Under the pieces are notes generated by a model, which was given only the letters and a program-made list of their open reading frames with translations, made no database searches and was not told the DNA's origin. A stretch of DNA of 64,000 nt, taken from assembly GCA_951406725.2 (NCBI GenBank), contig OX597828.1, positions 46,438,001 through 46,502,000 of the forward strand. The letters run 5' to 3'. This document shows positions 1 to 12,505 of this stretch, in pieces (the first letter of the stretch is position 1; each line of letters opens with the position of its first letter). The DNA is from Octopus vulgaris (lineage: Eukaryota). The position numbers and the translations under genes are program-made.

Positions 1-122
1 CTTTTTTTTAAAATTAAACCAAGATTGTTACTTGCTCTATGGGCCTCCCTTTGCCGAACCGGTACGTCACCGAGACGGAAACACTCTAGCTGTTTGGAGA
101 TATCTACATATATATACATTCA

Positions 123-184
<62 letters not shown>

Positions 185-334
185 AATTGAGATAGGGGTT
201 GTAAATGCAACCCTCTATGGGATAACATATATCCAATCTACCGCTAGTGAAGTACCCAACAAAGTTAATACATAAATGTTAATAATTGCGATGCAATTAA
301 TTCATTTACTGTATTATATGGGCAAAGGTATATA

Positions 335-342
<8 letters not shown>

Positions 343-370
<28 letters not shown>

Positions 371-408
371 TGTATGTATGTATGTATGTATGTATGTATG
401 TATGTATG
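343..408 (+). repeat. (TATG)n microsatellite, flanked by (TA)n tracts
   Basis: Perfect tetranucleotide run; representative of dozens of simple repeats in the window. Confidence 0.95.
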
Positions 409-425
409 AATGAATTTCTTTGAGT

Positions 426-480
<55 letters not shown>

Positions 481-538
481 TTATTTATTCACATATTTAT
501 TCATTGCTAAACCTCGCTAAGATAAATATTTCAATTAC

Positions 539-601
539 CTGAAAATTGACTCTAACCATAACTCGAATTATTACGAATTGGACAGCCATGAAACGATCGT
601 A
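539..601 (+). ncRNA. Decayed hammerhead-like motif
   Basis: CTGAAAA (539) ... atGAAA-CGATCG-TA (590-601); palindromic stem III ACGATCGT; stem II poorly paired, core G8 changed. Confidence 0.3.
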
Positions 602-766
602 GTGTTTTACTCATTATCTTTTATTAAACTTTTAATACTTTTGATATATATTTAAAATAATATAAATTAATTAATTTTATGTATTGGCTTAAGTTTTTCA
701 TTGTTTGATTTGCCTAATAGTGGTTTTATCTCTAATTTAATATTATATATATATATATATATATAT

Positions 767-907
767 GACACAGGTCTCTTTCAGTTCCCACTCATAAGTC
801 TTAAGTTGACCCGAGGATATAGTAGAAAATACGTCTCCAAAGTGTGGCTGAACTCGTAACCGTGGGGTTGGGAAGCAAGCTTGTTACAACACAACCATAC
901 CTCCGTC
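767..907 (-). mobile_element. SINE family A, degenerate 5' half
   Basis: Similar to the reverse complement of the family A head (compare 25905-26072). Confidence 0.6.
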
Positions 908-1238
908 TCTAAAACTTTCTCTTTAATGTTCGTAAGAGAATCTAATTGCTAGTATCTATAAGGTTCTACAAGGTTTCCGTCGAAAATTAGTACGAAAGCG
1001 GAAGTTGTTATGAATTAGAAAACATCCTTCGTATATTTCATCACAATCGCCGACAACAAAGAAACGCAGTGCTGTCTGGCAGTGACACTATTGAATGCTA
1101 TTCACAGCCAACTTCTTGTTTGATATTCTTAGTATCTATTCCTTCGAAATTGTGAAGCAATCTGGAGGGAGTGCAGGTCAGGGGACTGGCGAATAACAAA
1201 GGTTACTTCAGCAGGATTTGAAGTTACAATAAGGATTA

Positions 1239-1632
1239 CTAGCAGTATCGCCCGGTGCTGCTCGGGTTTGTAAGGGAAATAACTATATAAGCATTTTTAG
1301 AGAGTTATAGCCAAAAAATAACAAAAAATGCATTAAAAATGGAAAAAAATGATGGTAAATTTTTGTTAAATCGTTGACTCATTGTAGACATTTTTAGAGA
1401 GTTACTTCCCTTTAAAAAAATATATGCATGAAAATGGATAAAAATGATGGTAAATTATTTTAAAAATCGTAGACTCATCTTAGACGCGCGCTAATACCCA
1501 GAAGGGCTTGATATGAATCACGACTATAAGATACCCGGTGTTGGTTAAACTGCACCGCAAAATGTGGGAGTAGTTTGGAATCTAAATCGAAGGGGACAGA
1601 CACTCACACAACTACAGTTTTATATATATAGA
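1239..1632 (-). mobile_element. Non-autonomous Helitron
   Basis: Minus strand begins TC(TATATATATAAAA), ends with a CCCGAGCAGCACCGGG hairpin then CTAG; inserted between A and T; has an internal duplication; second copy at 42064-42366. Confidence 0.8.
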
Positions 1633-2079
1633 TATGCAGCAAGGTGCTTAAACGACACATTCGTTTACTTTCAAAAGAATATAGTATACAGATCAATAAC
1701 TACGAAATGTGTGTGTATGTGTGCGTGTATGGATATCTATGTGTGTGTGTGTGTATGTGAGCGTGTATATTCGTGTGGGCAAGTGTGTGTGTGTATATAT
1801 GTGTCTTTATGTGCATTTATAGAAACATAATTTCACAAGTGTCATGTATTCTGCAATATCCTGCTCAAAAACACACAACTGTGGCACAAATCATATAGTT
1901 GTATACAATCTCCTTATTACACACAAATACATACATACATACATACATACATACATACACATATATATATACATATATATATATGCATATATATATATGT
2001 ATGTACGTATATGTAAGTATGTATGTATATATCTGTATATATATATACATATATATATATATTTATGTCTGTGTATTTG

Positions 2080-2110
<31 letters not shown>

Positions 2111-2115
2111 GTATC

Positions 2116-2226
2116 AGCCGAAATTGCGAGGATGATCCGGTTCTTGACTGAAGATTGAAGGCTTCGAATGTCCCGTGTGTGTTTTTTTATCGTCTTCTAA
2201 AAGTTTTGCGTTCTTGTCCCAGTTTG

Positions 2227-2231
<5 letters not shown>
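2116..2231. repeat. Short dispersed repeat between (TA)n tracts (family also at ~25097-25220 and, inverted, at ~47570-47670)
   Basis: GCGAGGATGATCCGGTTCTTGACTGAAGATT..GGCTTCGAATG..TTTTGCGTTCTTGTC recurs. Confidence 0.6.
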
Positions 2232-2277
<46 letters not shown>

Positions 2278-2313
2278 CATATATAAATATAAATATATAT
2301 ATATCTATACCTT

Positions 2314-2344
<31 letters not shown>

Positions 2345-2694
2345 ATGTGTGTATATGTGTGTATATGTATGTATATATATATGTATACATACGTACATAC
2401 ATATATATGTATACATACACACACACACTCTTATATATATATACATACACACACATATATATTTAGATTAAAAAGCCCAGCACCCATGACATGCAAATTC
2501 ACTGGACATTGTAGTATCACGAGAAAAGTAGAACGCCAAGATCATATTTGAGGGTGGGTGGGTGTTATAAGTGTACACCATCAGCACAATCCCTGATGTA
2601 AGAACAATACACTAGTATGGGTTCCTCGTGAACATCGTAGAAATCAAGTAACTTTTAAGGACTGAATTATTTTCGCTATAATATGAAGTGTGTG

Positions 2695-2952
2695 GAAGCA
2701 CTCCGTCGGTTACGACGACGAGGGTTCCGGTTGATCCGAATCAAAGGAACAGCCTGCTCGTGAAATTAACGTGTAAGTGGCTGAGGACTCCACAGACACG
2801 TGTAACCTTTAACGTAGTTCTCGGGGATATTCAGCGTGACACAGAGAGTGACAAGGCCGGCCCTTTGAAATACAGGTACAACAGAAACAGGAAGTAAGAG
2901 TGAGAGAAAGTGGTGAAAGAGTACAGCAGGGATCACCACCATCCCCTACCGG
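2695..2952 (-). mobile_element. SINE family C, 5'-truncated
   Basis: Near-identical to the reverse complement of the 3' two-thirds of 15000-15377. Confidence 0.9.
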
Positions 2953-3454
2953 GTGTTTCTTTGCATTTGGTGTTTCTTTTCTGCGGAAGACGAAGTGCGA
3001 TTATGCATTTTTGTTGCATGCGGTGACAGCGTCTTTCGTTGCGGAATCGATGTTTCCAATTATGGATACAGAACATGGGGAACCAACATCTAGGCCATAA
3101 AGACATATGCATTATAAATATGTATATATGTACGTATATAAGCATGTATGTACGTATAATCAGTTAGTGTGTGTGAGTGGGGATGTGTATGTGTGCTCGC
3201 ACGCGTGTATTCGTGTTAAGGGACATGATATAATCGTCAGCATATTGAACTCATGATCGAGAGATAGTTTTTGGTTTAATGGACTAAGCGATGCATTATA
3301 TACTTGAGCAAAAATGAGAAACCTACGAGGAACCTGCGTTCTACCAAGGGGACTGAAGAATATGTAGACAGAGAGACCGAGAAACTGGTACTATGAACCT
3401 ATGTCTAGGGAAAGACCTTTCATCGCTTTTGAGATACAAATATATATATATGGA

Positions 3455-3792
3455 CTCCGTGTGGGCAGCCATCTAAGAGTTTTTGTTCATCTTGATGCTG
3501 ACATAAGTTCCTTGTTTTTACTGATGAGAAGGCGGCATAATGCACCCCTTATTCCTTCGAAATTAGGAATATGCAGCCTTCGAAACATATGTCGAGAATA
3601 AAGGAATTTTGTTAAATCGTCCTTCAACTCCATTCTTTCATTTATTTGTATTAAAAAAAACACACAAATTTCCACACGAAAGCACGTAATCTCTGCCCTT
3701 GGTATGTAGCTTCAACCGTGTTTTTCTGACGTGAATTTGCTACCCAGGTATCGGTTAACCGAATTATCCATACTAAGATAATTCATTCAACT
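3455..3792 (+). mobile_element. HHR-bearing short element (family H1) between (TA)n tracts; probable PLE pseudo-LTR derivative
   Basis: Homologous over ~330 nt to 7357-7690; carries a hammerhead. Confidence 0.7.
3508..3606 (+). ncRNA. Type I hammerhead ribozyme with extended stem II
   Basis: CTGATGA 3521-3527; stem II GAAGGC/GCCTTC plus GCATA/TATGC; GAAA 3582-3585; palindromic ACATATGT; GTC triplet 3591-3593; distal stem I TTCCTT/AAGGAA. Confidence 0.8.
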
Positions 3793-3796
3793 ACTT

Positions 3797-3830
<34 letters not shown>

Positions 3831-4096
3831 TATATAAACAGTTGCAGCGTGGAAGGTGTTTATAAGCCATTTAAGAAACACACAAAAACCATTAAATTCA
3901 CTTCAACATATATATAATATTTTTATTTTTCTAGGTATGTATCTATCTGTTTATCTGTGTATCAGTCATGTATGTAATTATGCATGTATGTATGTGTGTA
4001 TGTATGTATATCATGTATACATGTATATATGTGTGTGTACGCATGTATATGTATATATATATATATATATATTCGCACATATATGTGTATATATAA

Positions 4097-4149
<53 letters not shown>

Positions 4150-4520
4150 TGTTTATAAATGCATGTAAGTATATATAGAATTGTTGGCCCATATATTGTA
4201 TATTGTAAAGTCCTGTGCTCTAGTTTTTACTGTCATGTGAGTAAATTATTCTCTCTCTCTCTCTCGCTCTCTCTCTCTCTCACTCATTCTCTTTCCCTCT
4301 TTCACCTCCCGCTCTCCCTCTCTCTCTCTCTCTCTCTCTCTTTAACCTATTCATTTTTGTCTCTCACTCTCTCGCACTCTCTATCCTTGTCTTTCTGTAT
4401 GTTTGGGTGTGTGCCTGGTTCGTGTGTGCTCACGCATGCACAGAATCACGCTCACAAAAGGAACACAATTCACATATATGTGTGTGCCTTTATACATCCC
4501 TATGTATGTGTGCGAATGTT

Positions 4521-4568
<48 letters not shown>

Positions 4569-4907
4569 TATGTGTGTGTGTATAAACAGAGAGAGGCAGA
4601 GATTAAAAAAAAGAGTGTAATTTCCTCACATGACAGCCAAAACTGGAGCAGAGGACAGAACCATATTCAAATATGTACCATATAGGGATCAACACTTACA
4701 ATATACACTTCTACACGAGACATACAATCAAGGACGTATCTTAACACATATACACACCGCAAGTTGAACCCAGGCCACACCCACTCTTGAAATAAAAAAA
4801 TAAAAAAATATGGAAATTGATTTACCTCCCTACTGGTCTTTTATTAATGAGACAACAAAATAACAAAATAAGATTTTGTGTGTGTGCTCGTGCTTGTTTG
4901 TGTGTGC

Positions 4908-5290
<383 letters not shown>

Positions 5291-5714
5291 TCTCTCCTTA
5301 CTAACCGTCAGCCATTTTGTATTTCTATTGTATGTCTTCATTTGCGCATGCTTATATCTCTATGTGCATCTATGTTTATTTAGTGGGGGGGGGGTGCCTA
5401 TAATATTTGTATCTTCTGTTTATATACGTTCATGTAATTTGTTTTTGTTGGTGTTGTTTTTGTTTATTCTTATTTTGGTTATGTGTTTTCATCCACTTAT
5501 TATTATCATTACATATGCTTGTATGTATGTATGTATAACAACAATACTAGTAATAATAATAATAAATCGAGAAAAAATATATAAATTTATTTATTTCTAT
5601 TTGTTTATTTATCTGTATATTTATTATGTTTTCGGGATCCTCTACCGTCATATGTTGTTGTGTGTGCTAGTGTTCCATTCTAGTTTTCTATTCAGGCACA
5701 ACAAATATATAAAC

Positions 5715-5757
<43 letters not shown>

Positions 5758-6109
5758 CATATATATATACACATATATACATATCTATATATGAATATAC
5801 AAACATTTATATCTATATCTAGCTATACATATATATACACGCATGAACGCACACGCACACGCACACACACAACACATACACACACGCACATATACTCTTC
5901 ACCGTTGTGTTTGATAAAATTTTAAAATGTAATCTACAGAACAATTTTTTCGGATCTCCTTCTTGAATTGTTACAGACCATCTTACAGGAAGTGTCTGGT
6001 TTCATTCAAGAAACAATGCACTAAGAAAAAACAGCAAAATTATCACATATACGAAATGACCGACCGAAAATATTTGAGAAGAATACCCCTAATATAAAAT
6101 ATTTGTTCA

Positions 6110-6310
6110 AAGTTTAATTTGGGAAGATTGGCTCAAGACGGGCAATTTTAGGGAATAGGATTGTCTTCATCTCCCCAGTACTTGATTGGCATTTTATTGA
6201 CCGCGGAATGATGGAAAGCAAACTTGACCTCGACGGGATTCGAACACAGCGTATACACAGCCGGAAGAAATGCTGCTGAGTATTTTGTCCGACGTGCTAA
6301 TGATTCTGCA
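6110..6310 (-). mobile_element. SINE family B, degenerate
   Basis: Similar to ATGAAAGGCAAAGTCGACCTCGGCGGAATTTGAAC and the head of family B. Confidence 0.6.
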
Positions 6311-6684
6311 AATTAACCCTAACCCTAACTCATGCTAAGATAATAAAATTTATCTCATACGTTGTATAAATATTTTATAATCTACGATTGCCTAAAAATA
6401 TGTGCACAGTTAATGGATGAAAAGTCACTCTAGGATAATTAAAATACAGAAATTAACAATATCGAGTTAGGTAAATGTTTGGACTAAGAATTTGATTGCT
6501 TAGCTCAAAAGTTGGAAATATCAGACATGTTCCGATCTCCTTAGTCCTCAACAGTTTAAATTATATATCATCAGCAAAATTCCGCGAACTCAATACGTAC
6601 AGACATACATAGATACATACGTACATACATACATATGTCTGCAGGTGTGTTGCGTAGAAATATATGCCCGTACATATATGTACA

Positions 6685-6779
<95 letters not shown>

Positions 6780-6791
6780 TTGTATGTGTGT

Positions 6792-7060
6792 GTGTTAATT
6801 AGGGATAGAAGTCCCCGTGCAATTTAGCAAATCCTAATATTCATCACACCATATCATACAATGCTTACTATTTCAGTTCCAAATTTCCATGCTTCTGAAA
6901 AAGACTGAGGGTCTCGGGAACGTTAAACGCACCTCATGAAACACGTGTAGAAGAGAAATTTGGAACTGAAATAGTAAGTATTAAAATAAAATTCTATGAT
7001 ATGGTGTGATGTATATTAGGATTTGATGAATTGCATGGGTATATCTATCTCTAAATAACA
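6792..7060 (+). repeat. Imperfect ~95-bp inverted repeat with a hammerhead-like motif in the loop
   Basis: AAATCCTAATAT..CATCACACCATATCATA..CTTACTATTTCAGTTCCAAATTTC pairs with its downstream complement; loop has CTGAAAA(6895)..TGAGG..CCTCA-T-GAAA-CACGTG-TA. Confidence 0.7.
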
Positions 7061-7172
7061 TATATTCCCTTATTGAGAATAATTCATTTTATTGAATCAC
7101 TGTGACGCTGGAATTTTTATTCCCTAATAAATAATAAATATATATATATATATATATACATATATATATAAT

Positions 7173-7551
7173 GAATAAAAGAATGGAGTCGAACGAAGAT
7201 TTTAACACAATTCCTTTACTTTCAACACATGTTTCGAAGACTGCGTATTCTTAATTCCAAAGGAATAAAGTGTGCATTATGCAGGAAAGACAAGGAAAAT
7301 CAATCAGCCTCAAGACGGACAAAAACTTTTCTATGGCTTGCTACATAATGTTCACAGTGAACATTATGTAGCAAGCCATAGAAAAGTTTTTGTCCGTCTT
7401 GAGGCTGATTGATTTTCCTTGTCTTTCCTGATGAGAAGACAGCATAATGCACACTTTATTCCTTTGGAATTAAGAATATGCAGTCTTCGAAACATGTGTT
7501 GAAAGTAAAGGAATTGTGTTAAAATCTTCGTTCGACTCCATTCTTTTATTC
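7173..7551. repeat. Near-perfect fold-back palindrome (183/195-nt arms, 1-nt loop at 7356)
   Basis: Centre ATAATGTTCAC-A-GTGAACATTAT; arms differ by one 12-nt indel and about one substitution. Confidence 0.95.
7415..7513 (+). ncRNA. Type I hammerhead ribozyme (family H1, copy 2)
   Basis: CTTTC-CTGATGA(7428)-GAAGAC..GTCTTC-GAAA(7489)-CATGTG-TT-GAAAG; stem I CTTTC/GAAAG and TTCCTT/AAGGAA. Confidence 0.8.
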
Positions 7552-7694
7552 CTTTTAAATAATACACAAAGTACCACACAAGAACACGGGGCTTCTACCC
7601 TTGGCATGTAGCTTCAATCGTGTTTTCTGACGTGAATTTGCTACCCAGGTATCGATTAACTGAATTATCAATACTAGGAAAATTATTCACATAC

Positions 7695-7736
<42 letters not shown>

Positions 7737-8041
7737 TCATACACACACACACACACACACATATATAAATATACATATATTCTGCCTATATGTTTGTGCA
7801 CACACCTTTGAATGTAGTGTAAGCCAGAAAGTTTGCAAATCTAACAGAAGCCCCAAAAGACATTATAAGATCCACAAAGATCAGAACTTATTTGCAGCGC
7901 TTGGCACTTCAAATCGGATGTGGAATCTATGTGGGTCTTTTCAGAACATTGTCTGGTTGAAAAATCCACAACAGAAGCCATGATGCTTCTAAGGTGTAGA
8001 TTCAGGAGATGGTCAAACTCTGCATTAGAGAAGACAACCAC

Positions 8042-8073
<32 letters not shown>

Positions 8074-8251
8074 TGTATGTATGTATGTATGTATGTATGT
8101 ATGAATGTATGTATGTATGTATGTATGTATGTACATATATATGTATATATATACTTATATATATCTATGTATATATATATATATGTGTGTGTGTGTAATA
8201 GATATGTATATATATATATACGTGTATATATATGCATATATATATATATAT

Positions 8252-8337
<86 letters not shown>
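8252..8337 (+). repeat. (GATA)n microsatellite
   Basis: Direct observation. Confidence 0.95.
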
Positions 8338-8696
8338 TAATTTTGTAATGAGGGTGGATGGAGAAGTTATATTGTCTAGTTAGGTTGTGTCTAGTTGAAT
8401 GCTTGAAGTATTCGTGTTGAGGGCGAAATGCTGGAGGTAAGTTTTTCCATTGTCTGTGAGATGATGGAGGTAGATTGGTAGGTAGTGGTTCCCGAAGGTT
8501 TAGTTAAGTCTGGACGCTTGGATGGGTCTTTTGATTTGTATGTAGGGGACCTTGAAAATGACGTCCGGATCTTGTATTACGAACGGAATTCCTATTTGTT
8601 GTTTCGAAGTTATTTTGGGGTAGAAGTGAGATTAGTTCGGTGGAGTTGTGTCCTCTAGATTGTCTGTGGTTTGAGTTAGATAAATGTGAGGTCCTT

Positions 8697-9174
8697 TCCG
8701 CGTAGGTTTTTGGTTTCTTTTTCTTCAGGTTATCCCATATGTTTTCTATGTTGAACTATGTTTCGTAGTTTAGGAAACACTTAGCTCGTCTTTCCGAGCG
8801 TTGTAGGGAATTGTATTTTTCAGTTTCACATTTTGTTTTCCATAGCTTAAAAACATTCTCCAGGGGCTGACCATCTGAACGTTTCCTTAATTCGATATAT
8901 ATTTCCTCATCTATGCTCTAAGTTTAAGGAGTTCGATTTCCGTCTTCCTTTTTTCCAATGCTAGTTTCTCCCTTAATTGTCTTTGTTGGTCCTGCTCAGT
9001 TGGTGTTAGTTTAATTTAAAGTTTACGAGGTAAGATTATTGGAGTTGAATTTAACGAGCGTTCATAAATTTCTGTCTTGTAGTTGTTTTTAATCATATTC
9101 CAGAAAGATAATTTTCTGGCTTTAAGTTTCTCATTCCAGATATGGATAATACGGTTTTTAATTAATTGCGATAA
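8697..9174 (-). pseudogene. Decayed protein-coding remnant, probably retroelement-derived (helical/coiled-coil domain)
   Basis: Manual translation LSQLIKNRIIHIWNEKLKARKLSFWNMIKNNYKTEIYERSLNSTPIILPRKL*IKLTPTEQDQQRQLREKLALEKRKTEIELLKLRA / frameshift / IDEEIYIELRKRSDGQPLENVFKLWKTKCETEKYNSLQRSERRAKCFLNYET*. Confidence 0.5.
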
Positions 9175-9682
9175 CGTAGAGGGGGGGGGGGTTCTATCAT
9201 CTGTAGGGGGATTTTCATTTATACAACTACTATGAGGTAACTATTTTAGAATGGTGCATAATTCGGTCAAATGTTGATTCAGTCGTTCCAGAGATTGACC
9301 CTTCTTTAGTTTTTACTTTGCCTATCGTGTCGTGTACATCGATTAAGTTAATCAATCTTGTTAATTAGGAGTCTAAAATTATATTTAATCTCTTTTAGAT
9401 CCTTTCGAGAATCTTCGGGGAAGTTTTAACTGAGGAGTTTGGTATCTGTGGCAGTTTCAATCTCCCGTGTAGTAAATTACAAAAGAAATAGGTTTGAAAG
9501 AGAAAAATAACCTAAACGTGGTAGAAATGTGGGGAAAGAAGAAAAAAAAACGAAAAATGCACATTGGATGTAAAGAAATAAAGGCCTTTTTGTGAAAAGT
9601 AACGATAAATATATGCAATTAGATGAACTGAGGTAGAATTATATATGCGTGTATATATATATATATATATATATAAATATAA

Positions 9683-9713
<31 letters not shown>

Positions 9714-9943
9714 TGTATGTATGTATGTATGTATATACATGTATGTATTCATATGTGCGTCTATATATAAACGTTTCGCGCGTATTTCTATAAACACATA
9801 TCAATCTCCCTATCTGTTTATGAATCAATCTATCAATCTATCTATTTATCTGTCTATCTATGTTTCTGACTATCTATATGTCTGCTTGTCTGTGTGTATG
9901 TCTGTCTCTGTCTGTCCATCCACATACATACATACATACTTAC

Positions 9944-9996
<53 letters not shown>

Positions 9997-10319
9997 GATA
10001 ACTGTAGACATACATTCATATATGCAAGTGCATATGTGAATATGCATGTGTGTGTATTTATAAAACACGCACATATAAGTCTATAAATCTCAACAGATCC
10101 TGGGAAATAGTTTTTCTAATTCCGCCCTCCTGCATAGGAGTGCAACTTCTCTCCTCCCCCTTCACTCTGAAGCATACTGTTTAGTTTGTCCGATGACGAT
10201 TACTCAGCAAATGATAACCAATAGCAATAATAATAATAGCAACAACAACAACAACAATGATGATGATGCTGATGATGATATTAATAATAATAATAATAAT
10301 AACAATAATAATAAAAATG

Positions 10320-10377
<58 letters not shown>

Positions 10378-10433
10378 AGACGGTGATGATGGTATATGTA
10401 CGTGTATATATATATATTTATATACATACATAC

Positions 10434-10468
<35 letters not shown>

Positions 10469-10671
10469 TGCATACACATATATACGTGTACATATATATA
10501 TTTACATATATAAATATATATTTATATATGATAGATAGATACATATATAATTGAATGTGCATGTATATATGTATGTATATACACAAATTTCTATATATAT
10601 ACACACCGGAGTATGCACATAAATGTGCAGCAAGGTGGGAAAAAGAGTACTCAAATACCAGAGGTAGAGTA

Positions 10672-10746
10672 ATATGCTTTATTTAAAAGCTGTTACTCGG
10701 AGTAACAGCTTTTATTATAGTTCTGCTGCTTTTAAATAAAGTATAT
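10672..10746. repeat. Short fold-back inverted repeat
   Basis: AAAAGCTGTTACTC-G-GAGTAACAGCTTTT with outer CTTTATTTAAAAGC/GCTTTTAAATAAAG. Confidence 0.8.
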
Positions 10747-11288
10747 ATATATATATATATATACATCTACATATATGTGTGCACTTTGAGCGCACGTCTA
10801 TTTAGGAAACTCATATACACAAATTTCTATATATATACACACCGGGTCAATATGGACCCATTTCTACTAAAGAATAAATATTATGCCATTAATTTAGAAT
10901 GATGTTAAACAAACACATAATTGTTCTTTGTGAGGACAGTCTTCTATAAATCTCTTCAATAATCGCCTGAAGATTATTGGTAACATTTTTTAAAAATAAT
11001 TAATTAGACCAGAAATTAATTTCTTGTCTTTGTTTAAACAACATTAGCTGAAGCAATTTGAAGCTTATGTACTTATAACCGCGTACGCTACTGATGGCCT
11101 AATGCAATTTTGCATCAGTATATAATGTCTGTGTTTGTGTGTGTGTTTGTGAGTGTGTGTGATTGTGTGTATGAGTGTGTGTGTGAGTGTGTGCGTGTGT
11201 GTGCGCGCGCTTGCCTCTATGTATATATATATATATATATATAAATATATATATATATGTATATATATTATATATATACATATATATA

Positions 11289-11367
11289 GGCGCAGGAGTG
11301 GCTGTGTGGTAAGTATATATATGGCATCTTATGTCTTCTGCTATGCCCGGGCCGACCAATGCCTTGT
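11289..11367 (+). mobile_element. SINE family A, truncated and internally deleted head
   Basis: GGCGCAGGAGTGGCTGTGTGGTAAGTA...CCCGGGCCGACCAATGCCTTGT. Confidence 0.7.
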
Positions 11368-11478
11368 ATATATACATATATATGTGTGTGTGTGTGTTTG
11401 TGAGTGTGTTGTTTGTAGATGTATATAGATGTATTATATATATATATATATATATATACATACATATAGATATATAAG

Positions 11479-11524
<46 letters not shown>

Positions 11525-11704
11525 TGCGTATACATATATATTTGTGTATATATACATATATACATTAATGCATGTTACATGCATATATCATTTCTTATGC
11601 ATACATCCGCATGTATATTTACATCTATACGCTACGCATATATAAATATGAGTGGAAGGGTTCTATATGTACATACATGTATACATATACGTATGTATTT
11701 ATAA

Positions 11705-11777
<73 letters not shown>

Positions 11778-12075
11778 GGACCCCACTAAACTTCATGTCT
11801 GGAAAGAAAGCTAATTACTTAAAAAAAGACTAAAAGATAAACCTTTGAAGGTCATGAAACAAGGTCAGTTGACCTAATTCCCGTCAATTTCTGGATCGGT
11901 AAACTTTAACCTTTTATATTTGGCCCCTTACCTTCCCACTCGGGCAGAATACTTTGTGTGCGCCTGTGTACACACACACACACACAAACACACATATATA
12001 TATAATCTCATATGTAAGTATATATAAATAAATACACAAAAACATAGATATATAGACATTGATCTATGCATGCAT

Positions 12076-12120
<45 letters not shown>

Positions 12121-12230
12121 TATATAAGTACATACATATACACCTACGTATGTGTGTGTGTGTGTGCATGCACATATATATATACATATATATACATATA
12201 TATATACATATACATACATACATATATACA

Positions 12231-12262
<32 letters not shown>

Positions 12263-12285
12263 CATATATATGCGTATATATACAC

Positions 12286-12328
<43 letters not shown>

Positions 12329-12456
12329 TATATATATTTATATACATGCTTACACTTATATCTTTGCTTGAGTATATTGGGTCTATATTGATATATAGTT
12401 TATTCACTTTCCGCTTTATCACTCACAAAATCTATCGAAAAGAATTTGTGTTTCTT

Positions 12457-12505
<49 letters not shown>

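Noticed and set aside
2147-2175. CTGAAGA..GAATGTC as a hammerhead
   Set aside because: No GAAA and no closing stem I; the related CTGACCA..GAAAATA at ~47670-47705 (minus strand) is also too degenerate
6314-6329. TAACCCTAACCCTAAC telomere-like repeat
   Set aside because: Under three units, compatible with chance
7820-8040. Complex island with short ORFs
   Set aside because: No recognisable motif or splice pair
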